A stretch of 63,857 bases of DNA, filler included, from Octopus bimaculoides (lineage: Eukaryota), in the NCBI RefSeq assembly GCF_001194135.2. It is 8 parts of 7 records of this genome, joined end to end, with 100 filler letters (N's around TTAATTAATTAA, not from the genome) between each part and the next. Parts side by side here need not be neighbours in the genome. Positions count along the whole stretch, not along the records: positions 23,461 to 44,046 come from NC_068996.1; 7 more parts are not named here. One strand, given 5' to 3'. The notes beneath the pieces are model-generated. The model saw only the letters and a program-made list of their open reading frames with translations. It did not search any database and was not told where the DNA came from. Position 1 is the stretch's first letter. Each line of letters starts with the position of its first letter. Shown one piece after another: positions 25,831-35,480 of this stretch. Position numbers and translations under genes: made by a program.

Positions 25831-27775
25831 TGATTTGCATATGTATTTTTAATATGTTCAGATAGATTTGAATGAAAATATGCTAGTTGCTATTGTGTAT
25901 GTCATAGGATAACAGCTTCTTCTACAATTTACAATGATATGTGTCCATAACATACTTGGTTCATGGGTGCCAAGGATTCAGGAGCATCAGTCTTTCAACA
26001 TGTTATGTCTTTTCAGCCAGAAGTACTCAGACTTTTGAGTCTAAAAAAGCAATGGGCTTTGTTTATAATTTCACCAAACAAACTGTTTGCTGGTCAGTGC
26101 TGGTATCTGTCAACTGATAAAAAATTGTTATTTGCGCTGTGTTTACCAGGATAGCATAATCACATCTTTTGCAGTCACAGCTAGAAAAGGATGTTGATTG
26201 TATATTTTCATACATCTAGCCCTTAAGGAAGACATGGATAAATATACCTGGTGGAATTGACTCTGTTTAACATTTTCTTCTTGACTATTATTAATATAAG
26301 TAGGTGCAGGCATGGATATACGGTTTAGCTGTGTATCTGTGTGTGTGTGTGTATCTGTATATGTGCTGTGCATATGTGTATCTGTGTGTGTGTGTATATC
26401 TGTGTGAGTGTATCTGTATGTATATCTGTGTGTGCATCTGTGTTTATCTCTGTGTGAGTGTATCTGTGTGTGTATCACTGTGTGAGTGTATCTGTGTATG
26501 TGTGAGTGTGTGTGTGTATATCTTTGTGTGTGCATCTGTGTGTGTGTGGTTTCAGTTCAGTCCCACTGTGTAGCATCTTGAGAAAGTGTCACACATGGAT
26601 GTGTGTCTTTGTGTTTGTCACCCCCACATCACTTGAAAACTGCAGCTGGTTTGTTTATGTCCTCATAACTTAGCTGTTTGGCAAAGAGAGACAATAAGTA
26701 CCGGGGTTGATTTTTCAACTAAACTCTTTAAGGCAATGCCCCAGCATGACCTCAGTTCAATCAGTGAAACAAGTATAAGATAGTAATTTGGTACCATAAA
26801 TGCAAGACCATACAGTTGTACAATGAATTTACTCATAACTGAAAGGTTTAATGGTCACTGTCTTAAAACCCCTAGAATTAAGTGTCTTACTAGAAATTAC
26901 ATCAAACATCAGTGGTGCCTTATCTTTGTATGCTTTCTGTCCCATTTTGGTATTGTTTTCCTTTCTGATATTTTACATCTGTGAAGCTTACAAATTTTCT
27001 TTTGATACTGCGTGGGCATTTTTATGCAATTTTTATTCTAGGCCAGAAATCTGTGAGACTGGTCATTAATACCAGAAAATATATCATTCACTTTTGAAGC
27101 TGCTCTTACTTTAGTTTCAAAGATTATTTTATGAATCACTACTACAGCTAAAAATCCTGTATGCAAAATTCCCAAATCTAAAAGATTTTTGAATTCTGAC
27201 ATGACACTCCTCGAATGGAAAATTCCACCAAGAACAGCTGTTGTATGGTGCTATGTCATGTTGAGTTTTTAAGCAATGATCATAATTTTTTTTTTTTTTG
27301 CCATAACCACAAAACATCAATTCCCATCAATTTCCTTTTTTTTTTTATTGGTAAAGACAACTTGGATTCACTGGTTACTAAAGTTGTACTTGTTGCTTTT
27401 GTCATTCACATATTCTTTTATCAGTTGGAGGTGGTGCATACTGCCCAGCAGCACCAGCTGTGTAACTATTTCTTTTTGAGACTTATAAGCAATTATTTCG
27501 TATTATGTCTTTTCTGTGATTCAAAAATTTCAGTGACTGTTCAACAGACAAATAGGTTGTTCGTGCTTTTTTCAATTAAAACAAATATTGTATTATAAGT
27601 TAGATTGTTGAATTCACCTCTGTTCAAGTAAAAACCAGGCTGTTTGTTTCTATAAATTAAACAAATAAAGCTTTATAACAAAATTCTTACCTTGATCAAT
27701 GATTTCAAACTAATGAAATAAAAGAACAGAGGTGTAGGACATCAAATTTGATATTCAACAAGCTGTTCCCTTGTT

Positions 27776-27814
<39 letters not shown>

Positions 27815-27856
27815 ATCGTCATTCTCACTATTATTATTATTATTATTATTATTGGA

Positions 27857-28070
27857 AGATGGCAAGCTGGCAGAATCTTTAATGTGCTGGCAGAAAGGCT
27901 AAGTGGTATTTCGTCCATCTTCATGTTCTGAGTTTAAATTCCAGTGGGGTCAACTTTACCTTTCATCTTTTCAGGGTCTATGAAATAAGTAGTGATTGAG
28001 TACTGGGGTCGATGTAATTGACTATCCTCCTCCCCCAAATTCCAATCCCTGTGCCTATAGCAGAAAGGAT
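27857..28070 (+). mobile_element. SINE family A, CpG-decayed
   Basis: Family A core with many CG to TG/CA changes. Confidence 0.75.
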
Positions 28071-28092
28071 TATCATTATTATTATTATTATT

Positions 28093-28814
28093 CAGTAGTT
28101 TTATTTTTATAACGTGCTTTCACTTCACTACCAAGCGCAGCTCTGTGCGCCTTGGGTATGTGCTGTGGTTTGCTGTGATGCTCTTATGGTTACTGTATTG
28201 AAAGTGTTTTGCGTAGGATGTGTGCAGTGCCCAGCAGTGCAATTTTCTGTATGTTATATATATTTGTAAGTCCTGGTATTTTTGTTATGTATTTGTCTGA
28301 ATATTCTTTTATTATACCTTAGGCACCTACTATGATAGGAATTGTTTCTGTTTTTAGATTCCACATTCGAGTTATCTCTATTTCCAGGTCTTTGTATTTT
28401 GAAAGTTTTTCCATTTCTTTTCTAGNNNNNNNNNNTATATTTGTAAGTCCTGGTATTTTTGTTATGTATTTGTCTGAATATTCTTTTATTATACCTTAGG
28501 CACCTACTATGATAGGAATTGTTTCTGTTTTTAGATTCCACATTCGAGTTATCTCTATTTCCAGGTCTTTGTATTTTGAAAGTTTTTCCATTTCTTTTCT
28601 AGAAACGTTGTCATCTGCTGGTATTGATACATCTATTAGAAAGCATTTTTTTTCTTCATGATCTTTGACAACTATATCTGGTCTATAGGCCTTAATTTCT
28701 CTGTGTGTATTGGCATATCCCAGAGTATGGTTGCTTTCTCGTTTTCTGTGACCTTTTCTGGCGTGTGTCTATACCATCTTTTTTCTGTTGTTAATCCATA
28801 GTGTTGGCATAGCT
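28093..28814 (-). mobile_element. 5'-truncated R4/Dong-like retrotransposon (second subfamily) in an (ATT)n tract
   Basis: Minus-strand KEMEKLSKYKDLEIEITRMWNLKTETIPIIVGA*GII...IQKIALLGTAHILRKTLSIQ*, with RPDIVVK upstream. (ATT)n at 28074-28092 and TTA/ATT repeats at 28815-28837. Confidence 0.9.
28257..28601. other. Assembly overlap artefact: about 170-bp exact duplication around a 10-N gap
   Basis: 28257-28426 is repeated at 28437-28601 on either side of the N10 gap; the element reads continuously if one copy is removed. Confidence 0.9.
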
Positions 28815-29687
28815 TTATTATAATAATTATTATTATTTAACATCTGTTTTCCATGTTGGCAGGTGTTTCACAAGATGTGACAAACTGCAGAGTTCCATTG
28901 GGCCCCAATGTCAGCTTTGGCATAGTTTCTGTAGCTGGATGTCATTCCTCATGTCAACCTTTACAATATCTACTGGGTGCCTTTTCTTCATGACATCAAC
29001 ACTAGTGAGGTGACCAAATAACTTGTAAGACAAAGTAAATAACGGCACAAGAAAAATCCCTCTTGAGTGAGAGCTTATTTGAGAGAGGCAGGGAGATGGA
29101 GATGCTGAAGGCTAAAGAATGACAGGACAAGCAGAGGATGCCTGCCAGAGAGGAGAGGAGATACATGGCTACTCTGTATTACCTGAGGGTTGGTGAGAGT
29201 AGCTGGAAGGGAGATAAATGTGACAGTGAATAGGTGCAACAGTGTACTTTCAAAGTACAAGAAGGTGAGTAAAAGGGAGATTACAGACAATGGATCAGGA
29301 GGGAAGGAAAGGGTGTTTAATTTTATAAGAGTGTGGGAGATGGGTTGAGATGGGGTTAGAGGGAGATGAAGTGAGAGACAAAAGAAGATGAAGGTGTGGT
29401 TGTTGGTAAATATCAGCACAGAGGGGGAGGTAAGAAAGAAATGGCTTGGAGGTGTAAGTAGATCAGAAAGTAGGGAGATGATGTAAAGGGTGTGAGAGTG
29501 GTAGGGAAAAAGGTGATGAACAGTGGCAGAGATGGAGGTTAGAGGCACATGATTGCGGCTCCAATGAATGGGGTAACATTAGGTGGTGAAGGTATTGATG
29601 GTGGATATGGAAAGGTGTTGAGAATGACAGCAGATATGAGAGGTGTCAAAGATAAGACACAGTGAATTCACGATGTAACTCAGAGAA

Positions 29688-29934
29688 GAAGGCAAGATGC
29701 TTGAAGGCAAGATGCTTGAAGGCAAGATGCTTGAAGGCAAGATGCTTGAAGGCAAGATGCTTGAAGGCAAGATGCTTGAAGGCAAGATGCTTGAAGGCAA
29801 GATGCTTGAAGGCAAGATGCTTGAAGGCAAGATGCTTGAAGGCAAGATGCTTGAAGGCAAGATGCTTGAAGGCAAGATGCTTGAAGGCAAGATGCTTGAA
29901 GGCAAGATGCTTGAAGGCAAGATGCTTGAAGGCA
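29688..29934. repeat. Perfect 15-bp minisatellite (GAAGGCAAGATGCTT)x16 + 7 bp
   Basis: Identical units read directly from the sequence; it generates the MLEGK/KARCL/SILPS/FKHLA repeat ORFs. Confidence 0.97.
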
Positions 29935-30343
29935 CAGGAAAGTGGTTGATTATTATCATCCCTTGTATGGACAGGGATGATAACAAAAAACGACGGATGG
30001 AGTTTAAAAGGAAGTAGTTCTAGAGGAAGAGACAATTGGTAATGCAAAATGTGCTGATTCTGATCCCAAATGAATGCAGCAGCCGAGTAGTGCCATAGTT
30101 AGAAGTGTGGTAGAGGAATGAGTGTCAGGAAGATGGAATGTGGAAAAATGTAAGCAGATTGGATGCAGAGCCCAACATTATGTCTATGGTAAAGCATTAT
30201 AACTTAATTTTCTTCTTGATTGGTGTTGTTTATTATGAAGTACCACTGATATGCATTGTTATCTTGAAAAATACAAATAACTCCAAGAAACTATTAGCAT
30301 TATTTACATTTGACGGATATTTCTCCTCATCTTGTTTGTTGTC

Positions 30344-30389
30344 AACACAACGTTTCGGCTGATATACCCTCCAGCCTTCATCAGGTGTC
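30344..30389 (-). ncRNA. Minimal type I hammerhead ribozyme motif (intact core)
   Basis: GACAC-CUGAUGA-A-GGCUGG(AGGGUAUA)UCAGCC-GAAAC-GUU-GUGUU: stem I GACAC/GUGUU, stem II 6 bp including one GU pair, loopless palindromic ACGU stem III; predicted cleavage after GUU (30349/30348). Confidence 0.75.
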
Positions 30390-30697
30390 TTGGGGAAATT
30401 TCAAACCTGGGTTCCTATTCCTAAGGTATTTTTCAATGTTATTATTATTATTATTTTTATTATTATTATTATCATTATTATTAAGGTCACTGCCTGGAAT
30501 CGAACTCGGAATCTTGGGGTTAGTAACATGTGCTCTTAACCACTATGCCATATACCCATGGGCATATGGCATAGTGGTTAAGAGCACGGGCTACTAACCC
30601 CAAGATTCCGAGTTCAATTCCAGGCAGTGACGTGAATAATAATAATAACATCGAAAAATAGCTTAGGAATGAGATCCCAGGTTCGAAATTTCCCTAA

Positions 30698-30742
30698 GAC
30701 ACCTGATGAAGGCTGGAGGGTATACCAGCCAAAACATTCTGT
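30698..30742 (+). ncRNA. Decayed hammerhead motif (twin copy)
   Basis: GACAC-CTGATGA-A-GGCTGG(AGGGTATA)CCAGCC-AAAACATT: GAAACG has become AAAACA through two CpG-to-CpA changes. Confidence 0.65.
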
Positions 30743-31219
30743 TAGCAACAAATAGCATGAGGACAAATATCTGTCAAATGTAAATAATGTACATAATTCC
30801 TCATCTCTTAAATATAGAAACTATTAGCAGTTTATTTTATGGCATACTACCACACCTAAAACACCACTTGTTACTAACTCAAACCCTGGTTTTCTGATTA
30901 TAAGATGCAAACAAAATTTTCTGAGAGAATTTTGAAGGAAAAAAATAGAAAATTAGTATTCTGTAAAATCTGTCAAATATGATACATCTTTACTTTATTT
31001 GCTCTGATATAGAGTAAATTATACAGAGTAGATTTTTAAAAAAAATATAAATTTGAAGTTTTTTTAAATATAAAAATAAAATTCCTAAAAACCAGTTAAA
31101 TTCATTAATGAATAATTAATTGACTGTTTTCTCAATTCCACAAACAATGAAACTGAATTTTAAATTAAAGAACAGTACAGTTTGCGAAAAGACACAATGG
31201 TCAGAAGAAATAATTACAA

Positions 31220-31422
31220 GCATTTAATCTAGCCATATCCAACCCAAATAGTCTACCTGTTTTATATTCAAACCAACTAGGTCTGACCTTTCACACCTAC
31301 CCTACAATGTCACATCATCACATCATCAAAATCTCAAAAGCTATGAGACAAAGCATGATCAATTCAAAAGAATGTGAATAAATAAGCATTGTGTTTGATA
31401 GAGTAACCTGAATGTTAGAGGG
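31220..31422. mobile_element. piggyBac-type MITE, partial copy
   Basis: Aligns to 42575-42802 and ends AATGTTAGAGGG|TTAA. Confidence 0.6.
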
Positions 31423-31664
31423 TTAAAACATATATATATCAATAAACCAAAGGTGTTCAATAACTTTATAACAGTATTGATCTAGCAGATCTAGTGGGTT
31501 TGAATATTCAATCAAACAACTAATTGCGGTCCAGTTGCTCCATGGTTCTTTCCCAGCTGAAGTAATTCTATAAGATGACAATTCTAATATAAAGAATTTT
31601 TGAGATTTCTCCTTAGAATTTAAATGCTTTGGAATTAACTCCTTGCCTTTTCTTTTATCTTTAT

Positions 31665-32172
31665 CCTTTTACTTGTTTCAGTCATTAGTCTGTGACCATG
31701 CTGGAGCACCACCTTGAAGGATTTTAATCAAACAAATCGACCCCAAGACTTGTTTTTTTTTGTAAAGCCTGATACTTATTCTATCAGTCTCTTTGCTGAA
31801 CTTTTAAGTTACAGGGATGTAAACACACTAACACTGGTTATCAAGCAGTGATGGGGGGACAAACACAGACAGAAAGACACACATGCACATAGCTATATAC
31901 ATATATGTGTGTGTGTGTGTGAGCCTGGTGTTGCCATCCGGTTTCACCAGTCCTCAGTCAAATCGTCCAACCCATGCTAGCATGGAAAGCGGACGTTAAA
32001 CGATGATGATGATATACACACACATATATATGACGGGCTTTGTTCAGTTTCTATCTACCAAATGCACCCACAAGGCTAGAGTAGAAGATACTTGACAAAG
32101 GTGCCATGCAGTGGAACTGAGCCTGGAACCATGTAGTTGTGAAGCAAGCTTACCACCTATCCACACCTGTGG
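31665..32172 (-). mobile_element. Bipartite SINE B/C with another repeat tail (31925-32010) inserted in its microsatellite
   Basis: Modules C (31665-31880) and B (32030-32172) flank a CATGCTAGCATGGAAAGCGGACGTTAAACGATGAT tail on the plus strand. Confidence 0.75.
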
Positions 32173-32301
32173 CTATATATTTTTTTCTTTTTTGTCTGGA
32201 GGCATCAGCCACAGATGTTTCAGCCCAAACACTGACCACATCAATGCTTAGGAGAGGACTACAAATGCCATGGTAACTGCAGACTTCTTCTCTGACTAAA
32301 C

Positions 32302-32536
32302 CAGTGGTTCTCAACCAAGGTCCATATAAGAGTTTCGTTAAAGTTATGAGCAATAAATTGTTTAAACTTCCACAATGCATAATATATTTTAACATATTTT
32401 TTATACAGTTCCTTATAATATTTAATTAAAAAAAAGTTTTAATTGGATTTTTTAAGCATTGAATGGCTATGAGGGTACACGCAAGTGAAATAGGTATGAA
32501 AGGGGTCCATATGTAATTAAAGGTTGAGAACCACTA
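32302..32536. mobile_element. hAT (Charlie/Buster-type) MITE
   Basis: TIR CAGTGGTTCTCAACC / GGTTGAGAACCACTA; 8-bp TSD GACTAAAC / GACTGAAT. Confidence 0.8.
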
Positions 32537-33252
32537 GACTGAATTTTCTTTCTTTCTTTTACTTTTTTTTTTTTATATAATTTGGAGATAAATCTCAATG
32601 GATCAGTTTTGTGACAATTTACAAATATTAAACAACTTGTACACAATAAATTATACAATTTATTGTATAATCATAACGTAAATATTTATAAAAGAATTAA
32701 CAAACGATTGACAAATATTGAACAATTTGCATTATATGTTTTTTCGGGATAATCTTTACACATTGATATTTATACAAAATAGAAAGGATTAGTGAATATA
32801 AATATATCACCAGTATGGAATTTTTTTTTTTTTTACCTCAGTTTGGTTTTAGCTGATATGAATCAGTTAGGTCTTCCAAACTGTAACACCTTCAAACATG
32901 TTCCAAGGCATGAACTTTGATTGCATAACAGAGGGAAAGACATGAAGTATAACAGAACAACAGAGAATATGGCAGAAAAGAAAATCTTATGATTCCATTC
33001 TTTTTCTGCCAATTATTATATGAATGAAATAAAACAATCATCATCATCATCGTCGTTTAAGATCCCTTTAAATAGAAATTTAAAATAAAAGAGATAATTA
33101 AAAGAAAAATAATTAAATTAAAATTTAAAATAAAAACATAATTAAAATAAAAAAAATAAAAAATAAAAATGTGTAAATAAATATAAATAAAATTTAAAAT
33201 ATCTTTAAAATATTTTTTTTCTTTTTTGTTTTCTTTAAAATCATAAAGTGAG

Positions 33253-33258
33253 TTTATT
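33253..33258 (-). promoter_or_regulatory. Candidate AIP polyadenylation signal AATAAA
   Basis: AATAAA 6 nt after the TGA, with a U-rich tract about 50-120 nt downstream on the same strand. The region is very AT-rich, so chance is not excluded. Confidence 0.4.
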
Positions 33259-33264
33259 AAATTA

Positions 33265-33467
33265 TCAGAATATTTTTCCTCTCAATTTTTCCCGGTCTTC
33301 ATTGTCTTTGGCTCTCTGCAACTGTTCCAAATGTTTCAGCTCTTTACGAACTCCCTTGGTTAAACTACTATCAAGTTCTATGACCCGTTCTAAATCTTTT
33401 TTAGCAGCTTCAGGGTTCCAAGATCCAATATGAGCTTTGCCTCTTCGAAAAAGAGCCTTCACATTAT
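33265..33467 (-). CDS. AIP: AIP terminal coding exon (TPR3 + C-terminal helix, TGA stop)
   Basis: Acceptor atttcag at 33469-33468. 203 nt, (D)NVKALFRRGKAHIGSWNPEAAKKDLERVIELDSSLTKGVRKELKHLEQLQRAKDNEDREKLRGKIF*. All four exons join in frame. Confidence 0.96.
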
Positions 33468-33599
33468 CTGAAATGTATACGAAGTCATTAATCAACTCTT
33501 ATGCATGTGAGGAGAAAAACACACACACACACAGAGGCACACACACACACACACACACACAGAGTTATACAGATATAGAGTGACAATCAAACAGACACA

Positions 33600-33786
33600 C
33601 AGTCAATCAAATAAACTGGTAGCTACACAGACAGACAGATAGTTAGATAGACAGAGGGACATAGACAAACAGACAGAGAGACAGACAAACAGACACATAT
33701 ACATACAAACAGATAGAAGATAAACAGGTAGATAGGTAGATAGATAGATAGAGAGAGAGAGAGATAGATAGATAGATAGATGGATT

Positions 33787-33833
<47 letters not shown>

Positions 33834-33913
33834 GGATGGATGGATGGATGGATGGATGGATGGATGGACGGACGGACGGACGGACAGACAGATAGATAGA
33901 CAGACAGACAGAC

Positions 33914-33976
<63 letters not shown>

Positions 33977-34090
33977 GCAATAGACAGGCAGATGATCAAG
34001 TAGATAGAGGGATAAATAGACAGACTGATAGATAGACAAACAGACAGACAGATAGACAGATAGAGAGAGTGATAGACAGACAGATGATCA
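33600..34090. repeat. Compound tetranucleotide array (GATA/GATG/GACG/GACA) in last AIP intron
   Basis: Read directly from the sequence. Confidence 0.95.
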
Positions 34091-34559
34091 AATGGATAGA
34101 GGGATAATAATAATAATGAAATTATTGTATACAGTGCTCAGGTGCACTTGCCGTAGGGGCTGAGGAGTAGGCCTGAGCCTGAAATGTGGTTGAGAAGCAA
34201 ACTTATTAACCACACAGCTGTATACACATATTGTGGACTTCTTCTGTTGTAACAACAGAAGAAGGTTCTGCAACTTTTACAGTGAACAACCTGTACAGAT
34301 GATCTGTTTACTGTGATCAAATGTTTGTGTTGCACATTAGCCCACTTCCATACGTTGAATCGAAATTAAACGTACAGGTGCATAGTGTGCCATAAGTCAG
34401 ATGTCAGTGATTGTAGATCAATGTGAAATGAAGTGTTATGCTTGGTCCAAGAATTGGAACCACAGTCTTACAATCATAAGAGCAACACCTAAACCACTAG
34501 GCTATGCACCTTCACACGCATTATATATATAATGCATTGGGCAGCATGGAGACATAGTG

Positions 34560-34876
34560 GCTGAGTTCTTTTTGAGTGTTGGGCCTGATGGAGGCAATGA
34601 ATAAGACCTTTGACATTATGTTGTGCTCGAGAAGAAGATTTATCAAGCCAAGCAAAACCGTAGTCGTGGAAAATACTGGTGCCATGCAAATGGCACCTGT
34701 GTAGGTGGTACGTAAAAGCAGCCATTACACTCTTGGAGTAGTTGGCATTAGGAAGAGCATCCAGCCATAGAAAACCATGCCAAATCAGACTGGAGCTTGA
34801 CACAGTCATACAGTCAAACTGACCAACCCATGCCAGCACGGACAACAGACATTAAATGATGATGATGATGATGATG
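34560..34876 (+). mobile_element. Repeat family F (TGGCATTAGGAAGRGCATCCAGCC...CCCATGCCAGCATGGA...(GAT)n tail)
   Basis: Same tail recurs at about 28836-29025(-), 36515-36648, 38305-38430(-), 39060-39265 and 40050-40172. Confidence 0.65.
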
Positions 34877-34925
34877 ATAATATATATATATATATATATA
34901 CTCAAGTACACTCAAACACATATGG

Positions 34926-34974
<49 letters not shown>

Positions 34975-35331
34975 ATCATCATCATCATCATCGTCGTTTA
35001 ACGTCCGCTTTCCATGCTAGCATGTGTATGTATATATATATATATATAAAGAGTATGAGGGGTTTAGTTCATTGATGATCTAAACCAATAGGTACGCTTT
35101 GTAAGTGCTATAATTGGTCATCTGTTAGGTTCCAAATGCACAGCTGAGGCTGCAGCTAGGGATCTGTAGTAGGCTTCCAAGTCAGCAGGTACATGTTAAA
35201 GGAAAAGGAAAACAATGCCATTTTCAATTCACCTTACTCTGATTAAATATTCTAAATGACCTTAGTTTTGTTTTCCTTGACATCGGTGGCAATTTTTTCT
35301 TCCTCCGTTTTTCCCTTCTTTGGACTTTCCT

Positions 35332-35367
35332 TGTTTCCGACGAAGAGCTCCGCTCGAAACATCATAT
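35332..35367 (+). ncRNA. Degenerate minimal hammerhead motif in a Penelope-LTR-like fragment
   Basis: CCGACGA-A-GAGC(TCC)GCTC-GAAAC-ATC; core U4 to C and ACGT to ACAT substitutions; stem I weak. Confidence 0.45.
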
Positions 35368-35480
35368 TCTCTCTCTTACCTTTCCCAAGCGTCTAGTAAC
35401 ATAATCTGTATCACGTCCTCATGTTGTTTTTTGTTGTTGTTTTCTTGTCTTTTTCCTTTTTTGAACCTATATATCTATAT

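Larger units (their letters stand above)
30300..30815. mobile_element. Palindromic tRNA-headed, hammerhead-bearing retroelement (SINE/Penelope-type retrozyme-like) with 14-bp TSD
   Basis: TSD AGAAACTATTAGCA at 30286-30299 and 30816-30829. Arms are reverse complements centred on CCCAT|GGG (30558/30559). Each arm has a tRNA-like head (TGGCATAGTGG box A, GTTCRATTCC box B), (AAT)n and CTGATGA-stem-GAAAC. Confidence 0.85.

Noticed and set aside
26850-27600. Coding-like stretch (possible transposase or LINE remnant)
   Set aside because: No recognisable motif in any frame; many stops.
29579-30047. Repeat-protein ORFs (MLEGK, KARCL, SILPS, FKHLA)
   Set aside because: Translations of a 15-bp minisatellite with no splice or start context. 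Not a CRISPR array either, since there are no spacers.
30562-30630. Functional tRNA gene
   Set aside because: The acceptor stem does not pair and it continues into an (AAT)n-linked repeat body, so it is a SINE head. The same applies to 58395-58465.
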